Below, piece by piece: positions 38,630 through 47,683 of a stretch of 51,264 bases of DNA. Every line of letters begins with the position of its first letter. Position 1 is the first letter of the stretch. Made by a program: the position numbers and the translations under genes. The DNA lies in assembly GCA_035940535.1 (NCBI GenBank), contig DASZEU010000238.1, forward strand, positions 1 to 51,264. The letters are read 5' to 3'. The stretch is from Candidatus Angelobacter sp. (GTDB lineage Bacteria; Acidobacteriota; Terriglobia; Terriglobales; Acidobacteriaceae). A model generated the notes under the pieces. It worked only from the letters and a program-made list of their open reading frames with translations, searched no databases and had not been told where the DNA came from.

Positions 38630-39817
38630 TCAACTCGCAGCGTGAGCAACTTCGGTTTTTGTCCGCAGCGCTTGCGGCACTAACGAAATCAGGTCCTGGT
38701 CGTAAATCCGCTTTTTGCTTTCCGCCAGCTTCATGAATTGGCAATACAAGGCCTCCAACTCAGTACTGGAGGCGGCATAGCCAAGCTCAGCCAGCCGCTT
38801 GCTCAGCGCATGGCGGCCGGAATGCTTGCCCAGTACCAGATTGTTTCCGGGTACACCTACCGACTCAGGCGTCATGATCTCGTAGCAAAGGGGATTGCTG
38901 ATGACTCCATGCTGGTGGATGCCGGCCTCATGAGCAAAGGCATTGCGTCCGACAATTGCCTTGTTGGGCTGCGGGCCAAAGCCGATGATCTGGGCCAGAA
39001 GGCAACTGGCGGGGTAGATCTCCTGGGTGTTGATCGAGGTGCTAACAGGAAATTGCGCCTTGCGCACAGAGAGCAGCATGGCGATCTCTTCCAAAGAAGC
39101 GTTGCCGGCGCGCTCGCCAATGCCATTAATCGTGCATTCCACCTGGCGAGCGCCGGCATTGATTCCAGCCATAGTGTTGGCTACCGCCAAACCCAGGTCA
39201 TTATGGCAGTGGACCGAAATGACAACTTTTTCAATCCCTCGCACCTGCTCCCGCAAGGTCTGGATGGTGCGCGAGAATTCATCTGGGATGGTATAGCCCA
39301 CCGTATCGGGAATGTTGATCACAGTCGTGCCGGCCTCGATGGCGGCCTCCACTGCCTGGCACAGGAATTGAATGTCGGAGCGCGTGGCGTCTTCAGGAGA
39401 AAACTCCACCTCATCGCAAAACGAACGGGCCCGCGTAACCGCTTCGTGAATCTGATCGAGCGCCTGCGCCCTGCTGATCTTGAGTTTGTATTGCAAATGC
39501 AAATCCGAAGTAGCTAAGAAGGTGTGAATGCGCGGACGCCTGGCTGGCTCCAGAGCAACCCAGGCGCGTTCCACGTCCAACCTATGCGCACGCGCGAGTG
39601 CGGCAATGACTGGACGTCGCACCTCTGCGGCAATGCGATGAACGGCTTTGAATTCATCCTCGGAAGCTATGGGAAAACCTGCTTCGATAACATCGACTCC
39701 AAGCCGGTCAAGCTGGCGCGCCATGCGCAACTTGTCAGCGATGCCCATGCTGCAACCGGGAGCCTGCTCGCCGTCCCGCAGCGTCGTATCAAAAACCGTA
39801 ATATGACTCCCATCCAT
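38630..39817 (-). CDS. leuA: 2-isopropylmalate synthase-family enzyme, short form (~395 aa)
   Basis: [13 protein letters not shown]...[13 protein letters not shown]...HEAGIHQ. ATG 39817 has SD aggagg. Ends shortly after the catalytic/subdomain region. Confidence 0.88.
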   Translation of the reverse strand: MDGSHITVFDTTLRDGEQAPGCSMGIADKLRMARQLDRLGVDVIEAGFPIASEDEFKAVHRIAAEVRRPVIAALARAHRLDVERAWVALEPARRPRIHTFLATSDLHLQYKLKISRAQALDQIHEAVTRARSFCDEVEFSPEDATRSDIQFLCQAVEAAIEAGTTVINIPDTVGYTIPDEFSRTIQTLREQVRGIEKVVISVHCHNDLGLAVANTMAGINAGARQVECTINGIGERAGNASLEEIAMLLSVRKAQFPVSTSINTQEIYPASCLLAQIIGFGPQPNKAIVGRNAFAHEAGIHQHGVISNPLCYEIMTPESVGVPGNNLVLGKHSGRHALSKRLAELGYAASSTELEALYCQFMKLAESKKRIYDQDLISLVPQALRTKTEVAHAAS

Positions 39818-40000
39818 CGGCCGCCCTCCTGGAATTTTCTTTTGGCCTCGGCATATCCGGTTTCTTTGACATGTCCGGCCCAAAGCCTTATGCTGGCGGC
39901 CGCCATGAAATAAGTCAAATTTATAATTCTTCTGATAACATTAGTATTTCTTATTGTATTAGCCCAGGCATTGAGTCCCTCAGCTTGGAGAAGAGAAGGC

Positions 40001-40918
40001 ATGGATTTTTTTCACCTGGAGACATTTCTCGCAGTGGTCCAAACCGGCAGCTTTTCTGCTGCGGCCAAGGTGGTCCACCGCACCCAGCCGGCGGTAAGCC
40101 AGATCGTGCGCAAACTCGAAGAGGAGATCGGCGAAGCCCTGTTTGACCGCTCCTCCCGCGACGGCACCTTGACCGACGCCGGCAGGTTGCTGCATGAATA
40201 CGCGCAAAAGATGCTGAACCTGCGGCGTGAGGCGCGGGCCTCCCTGGAGGAGTTGCGACAGTTTCAGCGCGGAACTCTGGTGATCGGAGCCAATGAGTTT
40301 ACTTCGCTCTACCTGTTGCAGGTATTGGAAGAGTTCCGGCGATTTTGTCCGATGATCAAGATTGCGGTGCAGCGTTGTCTGGCCAGTTCTATCCCCGACC
40401 AAGTACTCGACCACACAGTAGAACTAGGCATACTTTCTTTTCATCCTGAAAACAGCCTGTTGCAGACCATCGTGGTATTTCGAGACCAGTTGATTTTTGT
40501 GGTGCCTCCCGGCCATCCACTGGCCAAAGCAAAGTCGGTGAGAATATGGCAGTTGGGCGCAGAGTCTTTTGTAGCCCACAACGTGGTCTCGCCAACCCGC
40601 ATGAAAGTCCTGGAAGCCTTCAAGCGCCACAAGACGCCGCTCAATATTGGCGTCGAGATGCCCACCATCGAAGCCATCAAGCGATTTGTAGCGGCTGGCA
40701 ATGGCGTGGCGCTGGTTCCAGAAATCGCCGTAGAGCCGGAACTGACGCGAGGCGAGCTCTTCTCGATTCCAGTACAAGAACTAAAGCTGGAACGCAAACT
40801 GCGCATCGTCTATCGCAAAGGCAGCCAGCTTTCCCACGCAGCCCGCGCATTTTTAAAAGTCGCAGAGTCGGTCAGTGCCAAGGTCAAGGGGCGGTATTTG
40901 TTTCAGATGGAGAAATAA
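40001..40918 (+). CDS. LysR-family transcriptional regulator, divergent from leuA
   Basis: MDFFHLETFLAVVQTGSFSAAAKVVHRTQPAVSQIVRKLE is the LysR HTH. Confidence 0.9.
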   Translation: MDFFHLETFLAVVQTGSFSAAAKVVHRTQPAVSQIVRKLEEEIGEALFDRSSRDGTLTDAGRLLHEYAQKMLNLRREARASLEELRQFQRGTLVIGANEFTSLYLLQVLEEFRRFCPMIKIAVQRCLASSIPDQVLDHTVELGILSFHPENSLLQTIVVFRDQLIFVVPPGHPLAKAKSVRIWQLGAESFVAHNVVSPTRMKVLEAFKRHKTPLNIGVEMPTIEAIKRFVAAGNGVALVPEIAVEPELTRGELFSIPVQELKLERKLRIVYRKGSQLSHAARAFLKVAESVSAKVKGRYLFQMEK

Positions 40919-40926
40919 GAGAATCT

Positions 40927-41035
40927 TTACCGCTGATAACGCTGATTTGACTGATCGACGCTGATCCGCGCCAGCTTGGTTCTTCGACACGACTTAATCA
41001 GCGGGAATCAGTCAAATCAGCGTTATCAGCGGTAA
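40927..41035. repeat. 109-bp palindromic element with perfect 29-bp arms built from CGCTGAT units
   Basis: ttaccgctgataacgctgatttgactgat (40927-40955) is the exact reverse complement of 41007-41035. CTGAT at 40933, 40942, 40951, 40961, mirrored by ATCAG at 40997, 41007, 41016, 41025. Confidence 0.85.
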
Positions 41036-41043
41036 GGCTTTTT

Positions 41044-42207
41044 TCAGTACTTAGGCACCTTAGGGTCGATCTTGTCCGACCACGCCGCAATGCCGCCAGT
41101 AAGGTTCTTGACCTTGGTGAATCCTGACTTGTGCAGGAACTCGACCGCCATGGCGCTGCGGCCTCCCATCTTGCAGTGGACAACCATCTCTTTGTCGGGA
41201 TCAAGCTCATTCACGCGTTTGGGCAGATCGTTTAACGGAATCAGATGGCCGTTGAGGTTGCAAATCTGGTATTCGTGCGGCTCCCGCACATCCAGAATGA
41301 ATACGTCTTCTTTGGCATCCAGACGGCGCTTGAGTTCTTCCACGCTGATTTCAAAAGGGTTGGTGCTCACGGGTTTTTCCTGTCCTCGCAGTCCGCAGAA
41401 TTCTTCGTAATCGATCAGTTTAGTGACAGTGGGGTTCTTTCCGCAAACCACGCAATCAGGGTTCTTGCGCAGTTTCAATTCGCGGAAGCGCATGCCCAAC
41501 GCGTCCACAAGCAGCAACCGTCCGATCAAGGGCTCGCCCTTCCCAAGGATGAGCTTGATGGCCTCGGTAGCTTGGATCAGGCCAACCAATCCCGGCAGGA
41601 TGCCGAGCACGCCTCCTTCGGCACACGAAGGAACCAATCCGGGCGGAGGCGGCTCAGGATAGAGGCAGCGATAGCATGGGCCGTCCTTCGCGGCAAAGAC
41701 GCTGGCCTGTCCTTCAAAACGAAAGATCGAACCGTAGACATTGGGCTTGCCCGTAAATACACAGGCGTCGTTGACCAGAAAACGAGTCGGGAAGTTGTCG
41801 GTGCCATCCACGATGATGTCGAAACCCTCGAAAATCTTTAGGGCATTTTCACTGGTCAGCCGCGTCTCAAAGGGCTTAACGTTGACGAACGGATTGATAG
41901 CGGCAATTTTGTCCGCAGCCGATTTCAGCTTCGGACGCCCTACATCGCTGGTGAAGTGGATGACTTGGCGCTGCAAATTGCTGAAGTCCACTACGTCGAA
42001 ATCCACCAGCCCTAAAGTGCCGACTCCGGCCGCAGCTAGGTAGAGGGCAAGCGGCGAACCCAGCCCTCCAGTGCCGATGCAGAGCACGCGCGCCGCCTTG
42101 AGCTTCTCCTGCCCTTCCATACCTACTTCCGGCATGATCAGGTGGCGGGAATAACGCAATACCTCCTCTTTCGATAATGGGGAAACGTCTGCCGGTGTAG
42201 TGGCCAT
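41044..42207 (-). CDS. moeZ: MoeB/ThiF-type adenylyltransferase with C-terminal rhodanese domain (MoeZ-like)
   Basis: RYSRHLIMPEVG...GTGGLGSP nucleotide loop. CxxC pairs. Rhodanese tail with active-site context VHCKMGGRS. Confidence 0.9.
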   Translation of the reverse strand: MATTPADVSPLSKEEVLRYSRHLIMPEVGMEGQEKLKAARVLCIGTGGLGSPLALYLAAAGVGTLGLVDFDVVDFSNLQRQVIHFTSDVGRPKLKSAADKIAAINPFVNVKPFETRLTSENALKIFEGFDIIVDGTDNFPTRFLVNDACVFTGKPNVYGSIFRFEGQASVFAAKDGPCYRCLYPEPPPPGLVPSCAEGGVLGILPGLVGLIQATEAIKLILGKGEPLIGRLLLVDALGMRFRELKLRKNPDCVVCGKNPTVTKLIDYEEFCGLRGQEKPVSTNPFEISVEELKRRLDAKEDVFILDVREPHEYQICNLNGHLIPLNDLPKRVNELDPDKEMVVHCKMGGRSAMAVEFLHKSGFTKVKNLTGGIAAWSDKIDPKVPKY

Positions 42208-42391
42208 GAGAACTCCTTATTGTAAGAATCTTAGATTGATAAGCGGAGAATGAGCAAAAATTACTATTGCTGTAAGAGCAGCGCGAGAAGAGACATTCGC
42301 ATTCGCGTGGAGAGCAACATCAGTTTTTATTATACCGTTTGCTTCCCATCATAGAGGAGCAAAATTTTGGTAGCGGGTCATTTTGCCTGAA

Positions 42392-42454
42392 GACGTGTGT
42401 CAGGGCATGACTTGAGTCGTGCCGAAAGAGCCTTTAAATACAGGGCTTTAGCCT
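42392..42454 (+). repeat. ~63-bp dispersed repeat, copy 2
   Basis: acgtgtgtcagggcatgacttgagtcgtgccgaaagagcctttaaatacagggctttagcct. Matches 32572-32634. Confidence 0.8.
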
Positions 42455-42517
42455 AATGTCACTTACCGTTCGTGGGGTTAGTATCAATTCTCCCTCTAAA
42501 ACGCTCTGTCATCCAAA

Positions 42518-42952
42518 TTACACGGATTCCACGATCTCAATGTCCTCTTCCGCAAATATCTTGCTGTCTTCCGGTCCGATCAAAACAAAGGACCGCGTGT
42601 GGCAAGCACGCCCTTGCTCCACGCCGGTAATAACGTAAGAGCAATCCAACCAATAGGCCTGGGCTAGATCCGTCTCCGAATATTGGGCGGGATGATCCGG
42701 ATGAGAATGATAGAAACCAACAATATCCTGGCCACGTCCGCGAGCCACCCGCTGCGCTGCAATCACCTGCAAAGGATCGAGGCTATATCGACGCGTCGGC
42801 TCCGGGTGTACGTTATCGCATGGGTAGATTGAGGCTACGCTTCGGAAGCCCTCCGCCGGGCTGCCGAGCAGGATTCCGCAACATTCCTGAGGATAGCTTT
42901 GTTCTGCCTGTTCCCGGATTAAATCGTAATTGACTTGGCTAATCCTGAGCAT
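42518..42952 (-). CDS. JAMM/MPN+ metallopeptidase (Mec-like)
   Basis: ECCGILLG...GFYHSHPDHPAQYSETD (E...HxH-x7-S-xxD). ATG 42952. The upstream part of the track ORF is rejected. Confidence 0.9.
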   Translation of the reverse strand: MLRISQVNYDLIREQAEQSYPQECCGILLGSPAEGFRSVASIYPCDNVHPEPTRRYSLDPLQVIAAQRVARGRGQDIVGFYHSHPDHPAQYSETDLAQAYWLDCSYVITGVEQGRACHTRSFVLIGPEDSKIFAEEDIEIVESV

Positions 42953-43031
42953 CGTGGAAACCCGTCTCGCCAACAACATCTCTCTCCTTGTTACACTAAC
43001 GGGGAAACACCGACAGAAACAAGGAGGAACC

Positions 43032-43874
43032 ATGCGTGGGAAAGTCGTGGTAATCACTGGCGCCACTTCGGGGATCGGCCAAGTCGCTGCGGAGAAGCTG
43101 GCTGGCATGGGCGCTCGCCTGGTGCTGACGGCCCGCGATAAAGCGCGTGGCGAAGCGGCCCTGACCCGGCTACGCCAGATTGCGCCGGACGTCTCTCATG
43201 CGATCCACTATGGCGACCTTTCCCGCGTGTCTGAGATGAAACGCGTGGCCAGCGAGATTGCTGGGGCGGAACCGCGCATCGATGTGCTCATTAACAATGC
43301 CGGGGCACTGTTTGGCTCCCGCCAGGTTACCGAGGATGGCCTGGAGTTCACCTTTGCGACGAATCATGTTAGCTACTTTGTGCTGACCCAGGGCCTCCTC
43401 AAATCCTTGCAGGCCGCAGCGCCATCGCGAGTGATCAATACTTCCTCCGATGCCCATAAAGGTGCAAAGCTCGACTTTAACGACCTGCAATCAGCCAACA
43501 AATACCGCGGCTTTCCGGTCTACGGACGCTCGAAGCTCGCCAACATTCTGTTCACCAGCGAACTGGCCCGGCGCTTGGCAGGCACCAGGGTCACGGCCAA
43601 CAGTCTCCATCCAGGATTTGTATCGACTCGTTTTGGCGATCAGAGCGGCGGGTTCTTCTCCTACGTGATCCGCGCTGCCAAGGTCTTCGCGATCTCGCCG
43701 GAGAAGGGCGCAGAAACCATCATCTATCTGGCGTCGTCAGACGACGTAGCCAATGTCAGCGGTAAGTACTTTTATAAATGCCGCCCGGCAACTCCTACCA
43801 AAGAAGCGCGGGACGACGAATCAGCCAAGCGTCTATGGCAGGAGACCGCTAAATTGGCAGCCATAGAGAACTGA
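43032..43874 (+). CDS. Short-chain dehydrogenase/reductase (SDR)
   Basis: MRGKVVVITGATSGIGQ after SD aggagg. NNAG. YGRSK catalytic motif. Confidence 0.9.
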   Translation: MRGKVVVITGATSGIGQVAAEKLAGMGARLVLTARDKARGEAALTRLRQIAPDVSHAIHYGDLSRVSEMKRVASEIAGAEPRIDVLINNAGALFGSRQVTEDGLEFTFATNHVSYFVLTQGLLKSLQAAAPSRVINTSSDAHKGAKLDFNDLQSANKYRGFPVYGRSKLANILFTSELARRLAGTRVTANSLHPGFVSTRFGDQSGGFFSYVIRAAKVFAISPEKGAETIIYLASSDDVANVSGKYFYKCRPATPTKEARDDESAKRLWQETAKLAAIEN

Positions 43875-44045
43875 GCCAGTAAGGTGGTTTGAAAGGGAAA
43901 GAAAGCCACGCGTAAAAGGCACCGAATGGCGAGGAGCAATCGATGCATACAGGCCCTATTTACAAAACCGCAAAAAAGGCGCCAGAAGTGAGTTCGTGCT
44001 CGTAGCTGGCGAAGACATCAACCAGATAGCGCAAATGGATGGTGA

Positions 44046-45635
44046 CTAGGGCGTTGTTACCTGTGCTTTACTCTTTTGGGCTGAAAGCCGGCGTGCATTT
44101 TCGGCCAGTTGTTTGGCCTCTGGCAGAAACTCCAGAGCTTTTTGGACCGCGGGATCGGTTTGGGCCTGGACCTTCAAGCCTTCATCCTGCCCGAACTCCG
44201 AGGTGAAAAGTTCGGCCTTGATATTGGCCTTGATCCAGTCCTGCGCCTGAACCAAGTCAGCCTCGGCCGCGTGAACATTTTGTTCGGAGAGGAAGCTGCG
44301 AAACTGTTGCAAAACCTCATCCGTTACCTGGAAATCGGGGCCGATGTGGCGGCCTAGCATGTAATGCTTGGAAAAGTTGAAGAAGACATACTGCCGCAGC
44401 AGATCATCTTGGAACTGGTTTAGCCGCGTATCCAGCTTCTTATCAGGTGTGATTCCGCCGCCGCCGAAGACCGTGCGTCCGCTATCCGTCAGTCGAATCT
44501 CTTTGCCTGCCGGGGGCTGATTCTCAGCTTGCCGACGGAAATAATAATCGAACAGCGAAACGCCATTGTAGTTCCGCTGAATCAACCGGCCGCTGGGAGT
44601 GTAGTAACGGCCGGTAGTCAGCGCCAGGCCGGTTTTATTGGAAAGCGGGAAAACAGACTGCACTAAACCTTTGCCAAAGCTGGTCTCGCCCAGAATCAAC
44701 CCGCGGTCATGGTCTTGAATCGCGCCTGCCACAATCTCCGCTGCCGAAGCCGTTCCCCGGTTGATCAGGACTACCAAGGGATAGTTTCTGTTGTCGCCGT
44801 GGTTCGCATAGAAAACCTGCTTGGGCATGGCCCTGCCGCCCTGCGAGACAACCACAGAACCTTTCTTAAGAAACTTGTCAGCAACGCCCACAGCCTGGTC
44901 AACGAGCCCTCCAGGATTGCCGCGCAGATCCAGAATCAAGCCTTTAAGTTCGCCCAGTCGACCCAACGCTTCAGCAACTTCATGCTCAGTAGTCTCATGA
45001 AACCCATTTACATGGAGGTAACCGATGCCAGGAGTGATGTGGAAAGCAAGATCTACGCTGTTGCGCGGGATTTCGTCGCGTACTACATGAAATTCCAAAG
45101 GATGGTCGGCGCCTTCGCGGGCTATCGTGATCAGGACTTGTGTGCCTTTAGGCCCCTTTAGCAAATCGGATACCTTGGAGCCAATCAGATTTTCCACTGG
45201 CTTCCCGTCGATGGCCAGTATCGCATCGCCTGGACGAATTCCTGCCCGGTAGGCCGGGGAACCGGAAAAAGGCGCTATCACAATGATTTTGCCCTCTCGG
45301 GGAACAATCTCCATGCCCACCCCGCCGTACCGGCCCTGTTTCTCTTCATTAAATGAAGAATAAGACCGTCCGTCAAAGAACAGCGAATGCGGATCAAGCG
45401 CGTGCAACATTCCGGGAATAGCCCCGTTATAGATGGCTTTATCGGGATCGACCGGCTCCGCGTAGTTCTCTTCAATCAAGCTGTAAATCTCCGTAAACCG
45501 CTTGACGTTTTCCCGCACCTCAGACTCCCTGCTGGCCGATTGTGTGGACCGTTGGCCGAACACAACCCCCAGGAAGCCGCAGGAGAGCAAAAACATGCTA
45601 ATAAGGATGAGAGAACGGATTGAATTGCGCTTCAT
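44046..45635 (-). CDS. S41-family C-terminal processing peptidase with PDZ domain
   Basis: Signal anchor. PDZ (GSPAYRAGIRPGDAILAIDG). Catalytic contexts GTASAAEI and TSFGKGLVQ. ATG 45635 has SD ggagg. Confidence 0.92.
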   Translation of the reverse strand: MKRNSIRSLILISMFLLSCGFLGVVFGQRSTQSASRESEVRENVKRFTEIYSLIEENYAEPVDPDKAIYNGAIPGMLHALDPHSLFFDGRSYSSFNEEKQGRYGGVGMEIVPREGKIIVIAPFSGSPAYRAGIRPGDAILAIDGKPVENLIGSKVSDLLKGPKGTQVLITIAREGADHPLEFHVVRDEIPRNSVDLAFHITPGIGYLHVNGFHETTEHEVAEALGRLGELKGLILDLRGNPGGLVDQAVGVADKFLKKGSVVVSQGGRAMPKQVFYANHGDNRNYPLVVLINRGTASAAEIVAGAIQDHDRGLILGETSFGKGLVQSVFPLSNKTGLALTTGRYYTPSGRLIQRNYNGVSLFDYYFRRQAENQPPAGKEIRLTDSGRTVFGGGGITPDKKLDTRLNQFQDDLLRQYVFFNFSKHYMLGRHIGPDFQVTDEVLQQFRSFLSEQNVHAAEADLVQAQDWIKANIKAELFTSEFGQDEGLKVQAQTDPAVQKALEFLPEAKQLAENARRLSAQKSKAQVTTP

Positions 45636-46496
45636 GGGCGGGACAACCTCCATTTGCTGGACGGCTTGCTGATGTTGCGCCAGATGCAAATTAGACGCAT
45701 GGCCGATCAATTGGTAAACGCGACTTGCTTAACAATTCTAACAGCGCGCTCACCAAAACTTCGCAAACATTCTGCGTTTAGCCCAATGCCATTCAGCACT
45801 GGTTCGGCCAAACACATTTTGCGAGGGATCAGTATTTTCACGAGCCGAAGCCAGTGTTGGGGAATGCAAAAATCAACGCTAAGCCCCAGAGGAGGCGACA
45901 TATTTTTTTCCTCCAACAACTCAGCGCAGCTAGAAGCCTGGATAGCAAACCAGCAAACAGTCGCCAAACCCCGGCGGGGTGACATCATGCTCATGATTAC
46001 AAAATACTAATATCCAGGATATGAACAACATAAAATAATATTATTAAGATAAATTGAAGTTTACATAAGCTTTATTCAGTTCAGATATTCGAACGTCTGG
46101 TATCGGAAGGGTTATAGAGAATTTCAGAAATGCAGGTTATAACTGGTAAAAAGCTTTCTTTATGACTTAGGTGTTGGAGTCGATAAGTTGCTGCCTTTGT
46201 GCCCTTAATCGGGCAGCTACACTGGTTCATTCAATCATTACCGAAGTGAATAGATCGGAAAACGACTCTTTAGGGCTCCTTAAATGTGAGATCAATCCCT
46301 AATCGAAATAGATGCCACAAAGTAATGTTGCCGGTATTGTGTAAGTGGATTTCACTATCGAGTCTTACAGCTTATCTATAAAGCTACAAATCGCGTGACG
46401 CTTATCTACCAGAGAGTAGAAGCTGATAGTTATTCACCAGCCTCATGAGGTTGCGATTTTAGTCTACCGCTGTTAGCATGAGCGCGAAGGAGCCTT

Positions 46497-46739
46497 ATGG
46501 ATACACAGCAAATAATTGCAGCACTTAGGGATGAAAGAGACCGTCTTGAGCAAGCTATCTCTGCTCTGGAAGGTGGAGGAGGACGTGGCCGTCGTGGCCG
46601 TCGTCCAGGACCTGTGCCAGGAGGTCCTGGTCGCGGACGTGGAAGACGACGACGTCGTTTGAGCGCCGCTGCCAAACAGCGCATTTCTGAAATGATGAAA
46701 AAGCGTTGGGCGGAGAGAAAGAAAGCGGCGAGAGGTTGA
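46497..46739 (+). CDS. Small basic protein: coiled-coil N-terminus, Arg/Gly-rich core, basic C-terminal helix
   Basis: SD aaggag 6 nt before the ATG. 80 aa: MDTQQIIAALRDERDRLEQAISALEGGGGRGRRGRRPGP...RRLSAAAKQRISEMMKKRWAERKKAA. Followed by a strong terminator. Confidence 0.6.
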   Translation: MDTQQIIAALRDERDRLEQAISALEGGGGRGRRGRRPGPVPGGPGRGRGRRRRRLSAAAKQRISEMMKKRWAERKKAARG

Positions 46740-46771
46740 TCAAGTCTAGGAACCCAGAAGGTTGTGAAAAG

Positions 46772-46800
46772 GGCCGTGCTGATAGCACGGTCTTTTTTTG
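46772..46800 (+). terminator. Rho-independent terminator
   Basis: ggccgtgct-gat-agcacggtc stem followed by ttttttt (46793-46799). Confidence 0.85.
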
Positions 46801-46848
46801 CTCTGTAGTATCGTATGTAGTTCCTGAATTCTTCCTTTTGGAAGCCGT

Positions 46849-47649
46849 ATGGTTCGAAATTATCTCCTTGCACTGATGATTGGTTTTTTCTGCCTGCCCC
46901 TCATGGCCCAAGACAACTATGAGATCCAGGTCTATGGGTCGGACACAGTCGAGCCGCATTCCACCATGGTTGAATTCCACACAAACTTCACTGTGAACGG
47001 CTCCAAATCGGTAATCAATGGCGTCCAGCCTACCAACCATGCCTTGCACGAAACCATTGAGATCACCCAGGGATTCAAGGATTGGTTCGAGACCGGTTTT
47101 TATATTTTCACCAGTGCTCGTTCCGGCGGCGGTTGGGATTGGGTTGGCGACCATATTCGGCCACGGTTCCGCATACCGGAAAAATGGCACTGGCCGGTTG
47201 GGGTTAGCCTGTCGAATGAAATCGGATATCAGCGCCGCAGTTTTGCGCAGGATTCCTGGACCTGGGAAATGCGTCCGATTGTGGACAAGAAACTCGGTCG
47301 CTGGTACCTGTCTTTTAATCCCACGATTGATAAGTCATTGCATGGTGACAACGTGGCCAGGGGTTTTGAATTCTCACCTAATTTCAAGTTCTCTTACGAC
47401 TTCACCAAAGTGGTCAGCGGCGGGCTTGAATACTACGGCGCCATTGGACCAATCGGCAGCTTTGACCCCATCGGAGACCAGCAGCAGCAATTTTTCCCCT
47501 CCATAGACCTCAACGTCTCACCTGATTGGGAACTGAACTTCGGAATCGGTGTAGGCGTAACGCATTCCACCGACCACCTGATCATCAAGGCCATCGTTGG
47601 CCGCCGATTCACATGGGGCCACAACGCCAAGAAAAAAGCTGGATATTAA
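46849..47649 (+). CDS. Outer-membrane beta-barrel protein (MetA-pathway/transporter-like)
   Basis: Signal peptide ending PLMAQ. Alternating beta-strand pattern with aromatic girdles. C-terminal ...GRRFTW. Confidence 0.65.
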   Translation: MVRNYLLALMIGFFCLPLMAQDNYEIQVYGSDTVEPHSTMVEFHTNFTVNGSKSVINGVQPTNHALHETIEITQGFKDWFETGFYIFTSARSGGGWDWVGDHIRPRFRIPEKWHWPVGVSLSNEIGYQRRSFAQDSWTWEMRPIVDKKLGRWYLSFNPTIDKSLHGDNVARGFEFSPNFKFSYDFTKVVSGGLEYYGAIGPIGSFDPIGDQQQQFFPSIDLNVSPDWELNFGIGVGVTHSTDHLIIKAIVGRRFTWGHNAKKKAGY

Positions 47650-47683
47650 CTTCTGCACTATAATTCTTACCTTCGAGGTGCAG

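Noticed and set aside
39818-40000. Leucine leader peptide or attenuator upstream of leuA
   Set aside because: The only small ORF there ([16 protein letters not shown]...) is not Leu-rich and overlaps the leuA start. No terminator/antiterminator pair was evident. The region is more likely a LysR-controlled divergent promoter.
42208-42517. ThiS/CysO-like small ORF between the JAMM and moeZ-like genes
   Set aside because: All minus-strand frames are interrupted by frequent stops. The longest ORF is 17 codons and none ends in Gly-Gly.
46430-47190. 147-aa and 211-aa minus-strand ORFs
   Set aside because: They are antisense to the SD- and terminator-bracketed small basic protein gene and to the signal-peptide-bearing beta-barrel gene. 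Their Arg/Pro-rich composition mirrors the Arg/Gly-rich sense frame.
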